In this document: positions 47,333-58,489 of the stretch, in pieces | How the letters are laid out: each line of letters begins with the position of its first letter | Position numbering within the stretch: position 1 is the first letter of the stretch | Virus record (IMG/VR): IMGVR_UViG_3300032770_000009 | Span: 32,001-96,000 of that record | Reading direction: 5' to 3' (one strand) | From: a virus | DNA length: 64,000 bases | Made by a program: the position numbers and the translations under genes | The notes under the pieces: model-generated | What the model saw: the letters and a program-made list of their open reading frames with translations, nothing else | Told to the model about the DNA's origin: nothing | The model's database searches: none

Positions 47333-48763
47333 TTAAATAACCAACTCAGCGTCAACTATGCCTGACTCAAGTATTAGTGAATCAGCTTGTAACGGCTGGT
47401 CTAACTGACGTGTTTTATCCGCTGCTGATTTGCCTAGGAACCGTTCCATAAATCCCTGTCTTGGTGCTTCTTCTGATGCTGTAACAGTCATAGAGAATGT
47501 ATTTTTGCTGTTGTCTTGCTTGTTTTTTATCAGACGTCCTAGTCGGTCAATTTCGCTTGAAAGGTTAGGATCAGAGTAGCCGCCGCTTAAATCCTCTGCC
47601 ATTTTCATGAAAAGTACCCTGTGAGTCTGCATTTCTATAAGTGCATCCTGTAGAGCTTCCAGTTGCGGCTTAGTTTTTACCTCAACCGGAATATTGTACA
47701 GACAAGTAGAATTAGGCTCAAACCCTGGGCATTTGTCCTTAAGAAAACATGTGTCGCATATTCTCATCGACTCAGAACGTATATTTATAACTGGCCTTGG
47801 CGGCTCGTCAGACATGAAATCTGAGTTTTTAGGAAGTATGTTTGTCATTATAGGCAGGGGTACCGCACTGCGTTCTACTGGTGGTTTCATTCGCAGTGAA
47901 ATATCCTGTGTGACAACTACAGGCACTATATTTTCCGGATCACTGCTATTCGTGTTCGCTGTGTTAGTAGTAACTCCATTGTTCAAAGACAATATATACT
48001 TGCTCCAAGACCAAGCTGAAAGTTTAAGCAACTCGTCCGCATCTCCGTCTTCTATCTTGGAGTAGTCGAATCCGTTATCGGTAAATAGTGTCCTGTGAGT
48101 TTTTGCAGCTCGGTCTTTATAAGATTTCGGATAGCGTTTAAGTTCTCTGCCGGTCCATACAAACAACTCACCGTAACGAGTAGTAGAAAGCCATGCGGTA
48201 GAAGACACTGAAGACCATCTGACCGCTTCTAAAAGTTTCTTAGATGTTATTCCTACGCCGTGCAGTTTAACGCCGTAGCGCTGAATCATCTGGTTAAACA
48301 AGGGAACGTTAGACATATCTCCGTGGATATCCTCTTGCGTTACTCCGACTAGAGTATAAGAAGAACACAAGTCTTCCAGTTCTTCATTACCGTAAGCAGG
48401 ATGCCATACCGGCATAAATTTGTCTTCCGGTAACGAGTTGTAAAATTCAGATCTTAACTGCTTTATAACTGGAAGAGTTAACTGCTGTGCATCAAATTCT
48501 GCTACTAAATCAACTTGAGAAATATTATTGTTAACAAAACTCATGTATTCTGCTGCTGATTCGTAAACTACCTCGAATACAGCGTCAGATTTAGATATAG
48601 ACATAGATCCTGAGTCGAGAAGTTTCTTACCCGGGTACGACGGTACTTTCTTCTCGTTGCGCATTAAGTTGAAATAAGATAAAGATATAGGTAAGTTTCC
48701 CTGTTCAGCTAAAATATTTCTGAATTTTGGTATCTCACCGCCGCCGAAATACAAATCAGTCAT
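47333..48763 (-). CDS. Queuine tRNA-ribosyltransferase/DpdA-like TIM-barrel protein with Cys-rich C-terminal extension
   Basis: LLDSGSMS, FMPVWH, KLHGVG and SVSSTAW motifs; C-terminal CDTC..KCP..C. Confidence 0.55.
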   Translation of the reverse strand: MTDLYFGGGEIPKFRNILAEQGNLPISLSYFNLMRNEKKVPSYPGKKLLDSGSMSISKSDAVFEVVYESAAEYMSFVNNNISQVDLVAEFDAQQLTLPVIKQLRSEFYNSLPEDKFMPVWHPAYGNEELEDLCSSYTLVGVTQEDIHGDMSNVPLFNQMIQRYGVKLHGVGITSKKLLEAVRWSSVSSTAWLSTTRYGELFVWTGRELKRYPKSYKDRAAKTHRTLFTDNGFDYSKIEDGDADELLKLSAWSWSKYILSLNNGVTTNTANTNSSDPENIVPVVVTQDISLRMKPPVERSAVPLPIMTNILPKNSDFMSDEPPRPVINIRSESMRICDTCFLKDKCPGFEPNSTCLYNIPVEVKTKPQLEALQDALIEMQTHRVLFMKMAEDLSGGYSDPNLSSEIDRLGRLIKNKQDNSKNTFSMTVTASEEAPRQGFMERFLGKSAADKTRQLDQPLQADSLILESGIVDAELVI

Positions 48764-49275
48764 TAGTCCCAGTCCCTGTCTTCGTCCAGTTTATCAAGTC
48801 TTCTGTCCATAGCCTTAAGCTGTGCCTGCTTTTCTGCTGCCTCCGCGAGCTGTGACCATTCGCTTTGTGCATGTTCAAAATCAGGACGCCATTTAGGCAT
48901 AGCATACTGAGCATGACTAAATGTCAGCACGTTGAATCCGTTATTAAGCATTGCTACAGACGCACTCGGAGACGGCTCTATAACTAACTCTATCTTGTAG
49001 CCTCTATTTCGCAGAGAATTAAGTTGCTGTATTTTCCTGTCAGAATCAGATAACCAGTGCCGTTGGCCGTCGTTGTATTCTACAGCGGTCTGTATATTAA
49101 GCGCTTCAATTGACAGCCAGTGATCAAGCTTCTTTCGATCTTGGTCAGAATAGAGAAGAATGTTGAAATTCTCTTTTAAAGAATGATACAAAGCTATTCC
49201 GGTATGAATAGGAACGGCGGCTAAAGGCTTCATTAGAACACCTTCAACCGCCATTGCAACCGATGATACTGGCAC
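48763..49275 (-). CDS. Degenerate HAD-like protein
   Basis: VAMAVEGVL..ILLYS..LVIEP pattern. Confidence 0.4.
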   Translation of the reverse strand: MPVSSVAMAVEGVLMKPLAAVPIHTGIALYHSLKENFNILLYSDQDRKKLDHWLSIEALNIQTAVEYNDGQRHWLSDSDRKIQQLNSLRNRGYKIELVIEPSPSASVAMLNNGFNVLTFSHAQYAMPKWRPDFEHAQSEWSQLAEAAEKQAQLKAMDRRLDKLDEDRDWD

Positions 49276-49873
49276 TACTTACCCTTAGATAGCATCTGCT
49301 GGATCTGAGCATTCTGCTGAGCATCAGTCATACGCTGTGCCATTTGCATCTGAAGAGACACAGTAGCATTAGCAGATAGCATAGCTGTTTCCTGAATCTG
49401 AATGTCCATAAGCAAAGTTGACAAAGATGATTTTATTTCCTGAGCAGTAGGCTTGCGTTTAGGATTAACAGGAACGTTTATATCCGCTTCTAGGGTATAG
49501 TTACCCTCTTCGTCTACAAGAACTAAGAAAGCAGTACGGTGAGTGAATTCCTCATCTGCCTTAGCTACCTCCTTTTTTGGTTCTTCTTTATTCTGTCCGA
49601 GTAAAACTGCGGCCATAACCGTATGTCTCCTTGTCTAGTGGTGTTCCGAACCTGCTGAAAGATCTTTCACGCATGTCATAGTGGTTCTGGGTTATATCTC
49701 TGAACATAGCATATTGGCTCATGTCAAAGTTCCTGATTTTAATTTCAGCTATATTATCAAACTTTTTTGAATGCTTGTCTAGAAATTTGAATAATTTGTT
49801 TCTGTTACTATCTAGTATCATGCGTGCTTTTAGATATAGATATGCTTCTAACACTTCAAGTGTGCGATACTGC

Positions 49874-50434
49874 TTATACATCATAGTTATATCCGAATGC
49901 TTCTGACGCCTTCTTTTGCTGTACGTGCTGATGGACGGGACAGAATTGGCAAAGATAGATGGAAGGTCGATGACGCGAATCCATTCCCTCTGCCTTACGC
50001 TCTGCTTTAGTATCTGGTTGCAGTCTTTTCTTTTCCGACATGTAATCTTCGCAGTTAAGACGGCGGCCATGGTCTACTCTCCAGCATTTCATGGCGTCAA
50101 CTGAGAAATTGTCTTTAGTGTCATAGAAAGTTTGACCGAAACCAGCACCTTCGCCGGGAGTAGTAAATTCTGATGCGAGTTTGTTAAGAATGTCATCTTT
50201 GTGCGCAATCCAGTCTGATTGCTCTATTCTTCCTACTCTGACGTCACCATGGAGCTTTTCACCAGAAGGAGTAAGATGCTCAGATTCTTTCATTCTGAGC
50301 CATGTATCACCACGTGGATCACCAGAGTAAGGAGGTAATTCTTCTACTGAACGGCAAGTAGAACATATTAGCAGTCGTATAGGCTGCTTCATGTCTTCCA
50401 TTAACTGTGCCTCGCTATAGAGCTGTTTGCCCAC
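49874..50434 (-). CDS. Hypothetical Zn-binding protein
   Basis: CSTC, CW..H..C and LCQFCPVH. Confidence 0.55.
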   Translation of the reverse strand: MGKQLYSEAQLMEDMKQPIRLLICSTCRSVEELPPYSGDPRGDTWLRMKESEHLTPSGEKLHGDVRVGRIEQSDWIAHKDDILNKLASEFTTPGEGAGFGQTFYDTKDNFSVDAMKCWRVDHGRRLNCEDYMSEKKRLQPDTKAERKAEGMDSRHRPSIYLCQFCPVHQHVQQKKASEAFGYNYDV

Positions 50435-50628
50435 ATAATGGCTTCTTCTACCTTCATGATAGCCAATGAACGCTCACGACCGTCAGGACAGCACTTAGCA
50501 ATAAGACTGGCTAATACAAGACCCATTTTACGAATAGACTGGTATTTTTCAGACTGGTCGCCTACAGGGGGATGATAAGTGAATCTGTTAAACAAATCAT
50601 CTTGTGATTCTTCTTTAGTTTGTTCCAT
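50401..50628 (-). CDS. Acb2/Tad1-hairpin-like small protein (candidate cyclic-nucleotide sponge)
   Basis: NRFTYHPP..YQSIR..CPDGRERSLAIMKVEEAIMWANSSIAR. Confidence 0.6.
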   Translation of the reverse strand: MEQTKEESQDDLFNRFTYHPPVGDQSEKYQSIRKMGLVLASLIAKCCPDGRERSLAIMKVEEAIMWANSSIARHS

Positions 50629-51027
50629 TTAATACTCCTTAATAGTAAACTTACTTTGTATCTGCTGCTGGTACTACAGGCTCTGGCTGAGTTGCTGTCT
50701 TTCCCTCAATCTTAAATTCTAAAGCCTTAAGATACGACAAGCCAGTTGCTACACGCTGCTTAGATGACTTGAGAAGTACCTCTTCGTCTGTCTGCACATC
50801 AGTGCCAAGATTAGCTACTCTCTGTCGCAACATGTATAGATCTTGCTTAGCATCAGATTCCTCTGCCAGTGCGTCAGCATACAAATTACGTAACTGTACT
50901 TCTGTCTTACCTTCCAAGTCCTTTAACATTGCTGCCATACCTGAAAGGTCATGTTCTGTAGTTGTTAACTGTGCTGGGGCGTCATGCGGAGTCCACAGTG
51001 AATTTGTTGCGTTTTCGTTTGTAGCCA

Positions 51028-51348
51028 TTATAGATAATCCCTTTCAATATAGTTATCTAGAATATCTCTGTGTGGTAAGTTTATATACCATTCTATATTT
51101 GTATTACATATGTAACAAAGTAAACCGCGAATACACTTTCCGCAAGTTTCTCTACCAGGACAACAAGCGTGGTCGTGGTCAACAGATAAACGTCTACCAT
51201 CTTCTTCTGGAGTTTTAGGGCATAAAGCGCAGTGGCCACCCTGAGATTCTAATATGGCGTCATATTCATCTAAAGTCATTTTATAAAAATTTTTGAGATA
51301 TTGCTTAGCGTGTTGTCTGTCTCTGTCTTCTTTAAGCTTATGAGGCAC
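51028..51348 (-). CDS. Endonuclease VII-like homing endonuclease
   Basis: YDAILESQGGHCALC..RLSVDHDH..IRGLLCYICN. Confidence 0.85.
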   Translation of the reverse strand: MPHKLKEDRDRQHAKQYLKNFYKMTLDEYDAILESQGGHCALCPKTPEEDGRRLSVDHDHACCPGRETCGKCIRGLLCYICNTNIEWYINLPHRDILDNYIERDYL

Positions 51349-51939
51349 TAGTGATAATCCTCATTATTCGCTCCTATTTCTTGTCCCCCTTTAGTACGAT
51401 AGCTTCTACCGTCTGGAAGATATTTTATATCAGCTTCATTGAAACCATGCCAAATTCTGTCCATCTGCTTTCGTACATTAGCAGTGTCAGCATCATCGAC
51501 ATTAGCCCAGTTAGGGGCGGTGTCTTTGTATACGCCATCGTTGATGCCGTACTTAAGTTCATCATTATTCGATCTGTGCGGGGCATATGTCATTGCTACC
51601 ACCACATCCCATTCGGTCTGTTAGTTGAGTTTATTTCTCCCTGTGAACCAGAGAAGTTATTCCATTCATCTGTATTTATTTCTGCGTCTTGCTGTAGCTT
51701 GTTTCCAAGTATGTCAACTACAGTTAATTCCTGATCACGATAACCGAATCTTGGAGGAAATTTTCTAGTAGTCATATTTCTCCGTATTTCAGAATCAGGA
51801 GTTAAAGGGTTTTGAGAGATCATAGCTTGAGCCTCTTTTTTGGCTTCTCCGTCTCCCTCTTGAAACATGCGCTGATAATCTACAAGATCATTTATATTCT
51901 GCTGCCAGGGACGCATTCCTGCATCGTATATTGTCTGAC

Positions 51940-52344
51940 TTACACGGTACATGGAATCCCCACTTCCTGATGCGGACAAACATCTAAAGTTCGTCTAGAG
52001 CAGTTACAGTTATAGCATTCTATAATTATATCGTCTGGTGCATTATCTCTAACCCATCGATACATGTTACGTCCCACTTCTTCTCTATGCTGTTTTCCAT
52101 CATTGTTCACATGAGAGATAGTTAAGAATGCAGGGTTATCTTCACCACAGCAAGCGCACTCTGAACCATACATTTCTAACACATCATATACAACATCAGC
52201 ATACAGGTCACTACTCTGAGAGCTTCTACATTCTTTACATCTAGACTGTACTCTCCCACGGTCGCCACGTCTGTCAAATGCTCCGATAGGTTTTTCAATT
52301 TTACACTTGGAACAGACCTTAGTGTCAGCAACACGTAAGTCCAT
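51940..52344 (-). CDS. HNH-like homing endonuclease
   Basis: CSKC..CKEC; CACCGE..FLTISHVNNDG..CYNCN. Confidence 0.8.
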   Translation of the reverse strand: MDLRVADTKVCSKCKIEKPIGAFDRRGDRGRVQSRCKECRSSQSSDLYADVVYDVLEMYGSECACCGEDNPAFLTISHVNNDGKQHREEVGRNMYRWVRDNAPDDIIIECYNCNCSRRTLDVCPHQEVGIPCTV

Positions 52345-55156
52345 CTACTTGTTCACCAGGCTCTCTATAACTTTCTTGTTGTTGCCTGCGTGCTCTCCAA
52401 GTAACTCCATCGCCCTTATAGTAGAGTGTATCAAGGAATGCCCCGGCTGTCCACTTGGAGCATTTCTTCCCCTCATGCTAACTGGAGATACAGCTTCTGG
52501 CCTGGTTGCTGCTGGCATATTCCTCATCCTAGCAGGCTGTCCGCCTGGAGCATTAGGCATAGCCATAGTCTTAGAGACTTCGTAAGCCTGTGTCTTGTCT
52601 CTTTTATAAGATTGAGTAGGAGCCCCGCTGGAAAGTGTATCTCCCCAGTTCTGAGTCCAGTTCTGACCCTTTTCAGCATTAAGGCGTTTAACCATGTCAC
52701 CTAGTTTTTCTCTAGGTGTCTGATCAGGAAGATGAGCCATGCCTTGAGTTACAGCAGAACCAGCCGCCAGTTCAGCATTTAGCTGGTTAGCAAGAGTAGA
52801 CGGCTGCTTATTCCTGGCCATTGTTATTCTCCCTTAAATTGCCTTGGATTGATGTTTCGATTGGACTGACCTTGAGGCTGCGGTGCCCTGCCCGATTCGA
52901 TAGACTTAGCTTCTTTATTTACAGCATAAGCCTTAGCAAGATTTTTTACTCCGCCAATCTCAGCTTTTCCTATAGCTACCGCTCCCTCAGCTAAAGTTTT
53001 CGTCCCCTTAGCTACAGTTCTCCCGGCAGCACCAGCTATAGCACCTATATTGCTGTTAGATCCTCTTCTGTTACCGGCCCGTATTTCATCGTGGTGTGTT
53101 TCTGCTGTTCCCTTAGCTTTTTCGTATTTAGACTGAGCTTTTCCCAGTCTTCTGTCAGAGTTAGCAGCACCAGCCGCACTTACAGCCTTTCTAGCAGCAT
53201 GACCAACCGGACCCAGCCTCTTATCTGGCTTTTCTTTAGGTCCGTTAACTAGTCTATCCAGTGGTCCCTGCCTTTTAGAAGCATCTCTGGTTTCCTGCCA
53301 CTGCGCTTCTTTTTTAGCTCTGAACTTAGCACTGCTGGCATGTGTTTTTTCCGCAACATCTAAGTTACGTGCCGCTTTGACAGCTTTTCTCTTAGCTCTA
53401 CTTGGTTCTAAACCAGACACAGCGTCAACGTTAGCCGATTCTACACTTTTAGCAGGTGCAGCAGATCTGCCTGATGTTCGTGACTGCTCCCTTTGACCTG
53501 CTATATCAGCTTTTGAATTGACTTTTACAGAACCAGATGGTTCTGATTTAGGTGCAGATGATTTAGATGGTACTTTTGCACTTTGAGCCGATGGTCTTTC
53601 CCTGCCAGAATTAGCTACAGACAACGCTTCACTAGCATGCTGGTCAAATGATTTACCAACTGCAGGCTGCGGTCTTGTCGGTGCTGAAAACTGACGTGAA
53701 TTTACAGGTGCTTCATGCGATGTCTCTCTAGCGCTAGAAATAGGACCAGCAGGGTAATCTGTAGTAAAACTGACTCTTGATTTAGGCTGTGCGAAAGCTG
53801 GCCCCTTCTTACCAGAAGCTACTCCAGACTTAGCACTCTGCTGTCTAGGCGGTGTATCCCTTGGTGCCGCACTTTTAGTTCTGGCATCAGCGTCGTTGTT
53901 AGTGCTTGCTCCATGTATAGCGCTTTTAACACCATGCGATGTCATCTCTATAGCATAAGATTTAGCAGCAGATGGCTTCGCATCAGAAGCCGATGAACTT
54001 TTCCACTGAACTTTAACATTATTTTTTTCTGAAGGATTAGCAGTAAAACTAGGCTCAGATCTTGGCTGCTCAGCTCGCTTTTGCTTAGTTCTAACCGCCT
54101 TGTGAGATGACGCTATTTCTTTAGTATTAGCGCGGCTACGTGCTCTTTCACTTGGTGTCTGTGAATTAGCAGCCATTATTTCATTCCTACTTTAGCTCTA
54201 ACAGCTTTTCTTTCAGCGATCTTAGATTTCATGACGCCCAGTGCTGTATGCTTACCTTTAGACGGAGCATTAGAAGAGGTAGTCATATTCTTTGCTACAC
54301 TTGCCTTTGTTGCCGGTGCAGCATGCTTACCTGTAGCAGCACCCTTTGAATGCTTGCCGCCGAATTCATATCTACCAGGGCCAGTATCAGTTTTACCTGC
54401 TGCTCTGTGCTTGCCGCTGTATAATTCATTTTTTGGCTTAGCTGGTGCGCTGCCCTTTAATTTGTTTGCTGCCGCTCTTGCCTTAGCACCTATTTTTGAC
54501 GGGCCACTTGCTAAAGCCTTCTGTGCTTTACTTTTTGCCATTGTATCTCCCTGCTACATCACATACGAAGGTAGCATCTTATATAGTCTAGCCTTGGCGT
54601 CTGGATCTGTAAGAACCACTGGATTCTTAGCAGGATCAACGCCGTAGTATCTTGCTTCGTTCATTTGCTGTGGTGCCCCAGCAGCACCAGTAAGTTTGCC
54701 TTGGTGTGCTAGTCTTTCAATAGGAGATCCACGGAAAACAGCACGTTTAACATCCATAGTGACAACCCCGTCGTGATGTGATGAAACATACTTAGCTTCT
54801 GCTTTCAGTCTCATGTCAGGCTGGAAATCAACAGGCCAGAAATAGTCCTTTCCGTCAATCTTAGACCCTTTGTGAACACCACGTTGATAAGGTCTCTTGT
54901 TAAGTTGATTACCCAGAGCCTCAAGTAGTTTATCTTGCTGCCGGTCCCATGACATAGACCCTAGATATCCGTCTGGATACTGAGCGTCATTAGTAGCCAT
55001 GGAACGTCGAGCATCTAACTGGTCATGATACCGTATAGCATTACGTGCGTAAAGACCGCCACCCGCACCCATAGCATGACTGTACGGCTGGTTGTATCCC
55101 TCATTAGGCACATACCAATTAGAATTATTTCCTGGTCCGCCACCCATAGTAGCCAT
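52345..55156 (-). other. Basic low-complexity proteins (52345, 52824, 54176, 54554), putative internal virion proteins
   Basis: Ala/Lys/Ser-rich, apparently disordered, translationally coupled. Confidence 0.45.
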
Positions 55157-55665
55157 TATCTGTACACATTCTGTGATTTGTCTCCTTGACGCTGTGGTCC
55201 TGTCCCCTCTTTGTATTGGTAATCATGCACCACGTCCCATGGACCCTTAGATTTCCCAGGGAATCCAAGCCATGCGTAAATAGGTCTATCTAATTCTTTA
55301 TAGGCTAAAGCTCTATGATGTCCGTCCATAATCATAGCTGTCTTATTAGAACGCTGTATCATGACAACCGGCTTTATGCCTTCACCTTTTTTATCAGCCT
55401 GCTTGATTCTTCTCTTGAATAAGTTAACCTTCTCTGGCTGATGTGATGCTCTCCAAGAATTCTTTTCGTCAAAATCAGTTCTCTGCAAGGGAACTTCTAC
55501 AGGACCCTTCCACTTGACACCGTGAACCCAGTCAACGGCGTCTTTAGGATAATCTTCAGTTAACTGGTCGTAAACGGCATCAGCTACTTTTTTGGCTGGT
55601 TTTCTGCGCATGCTTGAAGAGCTGCTGTTACTTTTAAACTGCGGGCCTAGTAGCTGTGATTTCAT
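55156..55665 (-). CDS. ParB-like nuclease domain protein
   Basis: IKPVVMI..IMDGHHRALA. Confidence 0.7.
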   Translation of the reverse strand: MKSQLLGPQFKSNSSSSSMRRKPAKKVADAVYDQLTEDYPKDAVDWVHGVKWKGPVEVPLQRTDFDEKNSWRASHQPEKVNLFKRRIKQADKKGEGIKPVVMIQRSNKTAMIMDGHHRALAYKELDRPIYAWLGFPGKSKGPWDVVHDYQYKEGTGPQRQGDKSQNVYR

Positions 55666-56322
55666 TAGTTCAGGTAATCTACGATATTGCTGGTGTCATA
55701 GTTGAATGAACCAGACTTAGAACCAGCCTGGATTGATGAATTCTTGGTTGCATTAGTCGCTGCCTGTTCATGCTGGGAAGCGGCAGCATTGTAAAATTCC
55801 TGGCTCCTGTTCATCTGACCTTGGGCCTTAGATAACTGCTGATACTGATTTTTCTCGTTGGTATGCAGATCACTAAGAGAGTTGTTGTTCGCTGAAATAG
55901 AAAGAGACTCAGGAGTTGTAAAGTGCGTATTAACAGAGTCGTTAAAGTCACTGAGTGCCATTTAAGCTCCTAGTATGATTGTCCCTGTCTTGCCTTCTCT
56001 GACCAAAAATCACCAACACCAGCTTTAGAAGGTACAAGATAAGTGTTGCGCTGTGTAGCCGATGCCTCTGCCGCGTTAGCCTTGTACAGTGAAGCTACGA
56101 TAGTGCATTTAGGACCGTCGCCCTCATTTAACTTGACATTAGAGCGCGATGCCATCTTACCTGTAGGAGACGCGCCACGGCCCATTGTGCCCTTTGCTAC
56201 TGATTTAGTGTACTTAGAATTTGGATGGGCGGCACCACTACCCACGAAAGAGAAAACGTTGTCGCCAACGGTGTCGAAATCTGATTTGCAAGCTTCGCAC
56301 ATGATGTTTCCTTAAAATAAAG

Positions 56323-56592
56323 TTATTCGACCTTTAGTCTGAAAGTAAGAGCGGTTACTATTCCGTCATCCATCTCAACATCCGCGAAACCCGGAATAAC
56401 CAGCAGTCGCATACCTTTAGCACCCACATACGACTGAGCTATAGCTACAGCTTTCATAGCTTGATTAACAGCGGCAGCACCTATGGCGCGTATGGAAACT
56501 TGCTCATTGTTATACACGCTGTGTGCGATTGTAGACGCTAGACTTATTGAAGAAGTAGAACCTTTTACCCTTAATATTTTTGTATTTTCCAT
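56323..56592 (-). CDS. spoVS: Stage V sporulation protein S family
   Basis: ILRVKGST..LASTIA..IRAIGAAAVNQAMKAVAIA..IPGFADVE. Confidence 0.9.
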   Translation of the reverse strand: MENTKILRVKGSTSSISLASTIAHSVYNNEQVSIRAIGAAAVNQAMKAVAIAQSYVGAKGMRLLVIPGFADVEMDDGIVTALTFRLKVE

Positions 56593-56636
56593 ATTGTGTT
56601 CCTAATTTGAGTATAGTTTTACTTGTCCAGTATACA

Positions 56637-57143
56637 CTATACCTTAGCCTTCTTAGGACGATTTCTCCTTGGCTTGCGTGGAGCTATACGTGGTACGTCA
56701 AACACTTCATCGGAAGGGTTGAACTCCATGTAATCAACCATCTTCTTTAGAAGAGAGAGGTTGTCCCTTATTGGACCAAGTAGCTTGTGGTTGCAATAAT
56801 TGCACAGAAGACCACGGATCTTGCCCGTGCTATGATCATGATCTACTGATAATTTTCTACCAGTAGCACATGACTTACCGCATATAGCGCAAACCCCCTC
56901 TTGAAATTCCAGTAAGTTATCATAGTCTTCATCGGTAATTCCGTATTCCCTGATCAGAGCATAAGTCCGCCTTTTTGTTCCAGTGCATTCTTTACACCAA
57001 CTAGACCTGCCATCTCTTGTATGAGAATTAGTATAGAAATCCTCCATTGATTTCTCTTTTCCGCAAATCTTACAAACTTTTGTAGCCGGTATGGTTAATT
57101 CCATACCGGCTGTCTGTAATTCTCCCTGTTTTGCCTTACTCAC
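56637..57143 (-). CDS. Endonuclease VII-like homing endonuclease
   Basis: YGIT..QEGVCAICG..KLSVDHDHSTGKIRGLLCNYCN. Confidence 0.88.
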   Translation of the reverse strand: MSKAKQGELQTAGMELTIPATKVCKICGKEKSMEDFYTNSHTRDGRSSWCKECTGTKRRTYALIREYGITDEDYDNLLEFQEGVCAICGKSCATGRKLSVDHDHSTGKIRGLLCNYCNHKLLGPIRDNLSLLKKMVDYMEFNPSDEVFDVPRIAPRKPRRNRPKKAKV

Positions 57144-57779
57144 CAGCGTGTTACTCCTAGTAGTTGAAGAATAAGATTTATGAACACCACAAATGCTAGT
57201 ATCTGCGTGTACCTTAGTACAGGATTGAAAGACTTAACTGCTACTTCCTCTTTTTTAGGTTCTTCTACCCAGGAAGCCATTCCTTCTGCTGGCTCCATGT
57301 CAAGAGTTACCTTATCTAGCATTTTACTGAAGTTCTCAGCGGCTTCGTAAGTATCCTTTGAATTCACGAAACCCCAGTAGTAATCTTTGTATGTCTTGTT
57401 ATCGGGATAGATGTAAGTAGTAACACCATTGGATTCATATCTGGCTGCTGCTCTAGTTACAGCATTGTCTTGTTCTTTCTTGATTACAGATTGCATAGTA
57501 TTGTAGCCGGTGTCATCAGGAGTTGCCACAGTATAGGTGTGCCTTGAGAGTTCCCTGAATCTAGGATCGTTGCTCTGTCCCCACGCCTGCACAACCGATT
57601 CAGGATAGGAAAACGCAGCCGGGAACAAGAATCTAGCGGTGTCATCTACTCTTTCATTTAAATAACTAGTAGGATATGCATACTTTCCTATATTGGCCAC
57701 TGAGGATAGCATTCCTTAAATATAATCAATGACATTCCTATTAGTAGTCCTAGCAGTATTAACCACGTCAGCATACTGC

Positions 57780-58193
57780 TTATTCTCTCAATGTAGCTAT
57801 AGGTACGGCCCATCTATGCCAGTCCTCAATCTCAGGAAAATAAACAGGAATATTAAGTGACTTAGCATAAGTGGCACATTGCCTTGTTCCCTTAGATCCG
57901 TTTTCGGGAAAAGCTATTAGTAACTCAGCGCCGTAATCTATCATGTCCATGTTACGATACGGCCCAGCCTTCTTACCATATTTTTCCCAGTCAGCAAAAA
58001 ATTCTTTAAAATCCCATCCCGCTGTTTCTAAGAAAGACTTCGTGATGCTATCGACTCCTGTTGGGCAGTCGCCAACGAGGAATAAAATCTCGCCGTTACA
58101 CCGTCTGTACTCGGTGGCAATGCACTGCTGAACCAGCCAAGATTTTCCGCTTGGGTAATTTCTGCTTCCTGAGATTGCGACTTTACGTGCCAT
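57780..58193 (-). CDS. SLOG/YspA-like (DUF2493) protein
   Basis: VAISGSRNY, GDCPTGVD, ADWEKYGKKAGPYRNMDM, IAFP..SKGT; start MARKV at 58193. Confidence 0.8.
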   Translation of the reverse strand: MARKVAISGSRNYPSGKSWLVQQCIATEYRRCNGEILFLVGDCPTGVDSITKSFLETAGWDFKEFFADWEKYGKKAGPYRNMDMIDYGAELLIAFPENGSKGTRQCATYAKSLNIPVYFPEIEDWHRWAVPIATLRE

Positions 58194-58489
58194 TCTACCT
58201 CCGTGTCTCCTAGATGACAACATGTTCCTGACAAATGGAACACAGCACAACTTATATTCCCCGATATAAACCATCTTTCACATACAGGGCACTGTCGTGG
58301 TTCATTTCTTATAAATACCTGCATTATTTTACCTCGCGTAGATATGAACCAGAGGAGTATTTCCTATATTCCAGCAGACATCGTAGACAGTAAAATCCCC
58401 TTCATCTAACCATATTGTTTCTCCTTTATGGGGTACAGCAGTCCAATTTTGGAAACAATAAGATTTACCAGGCACATCTATGGTGACTG

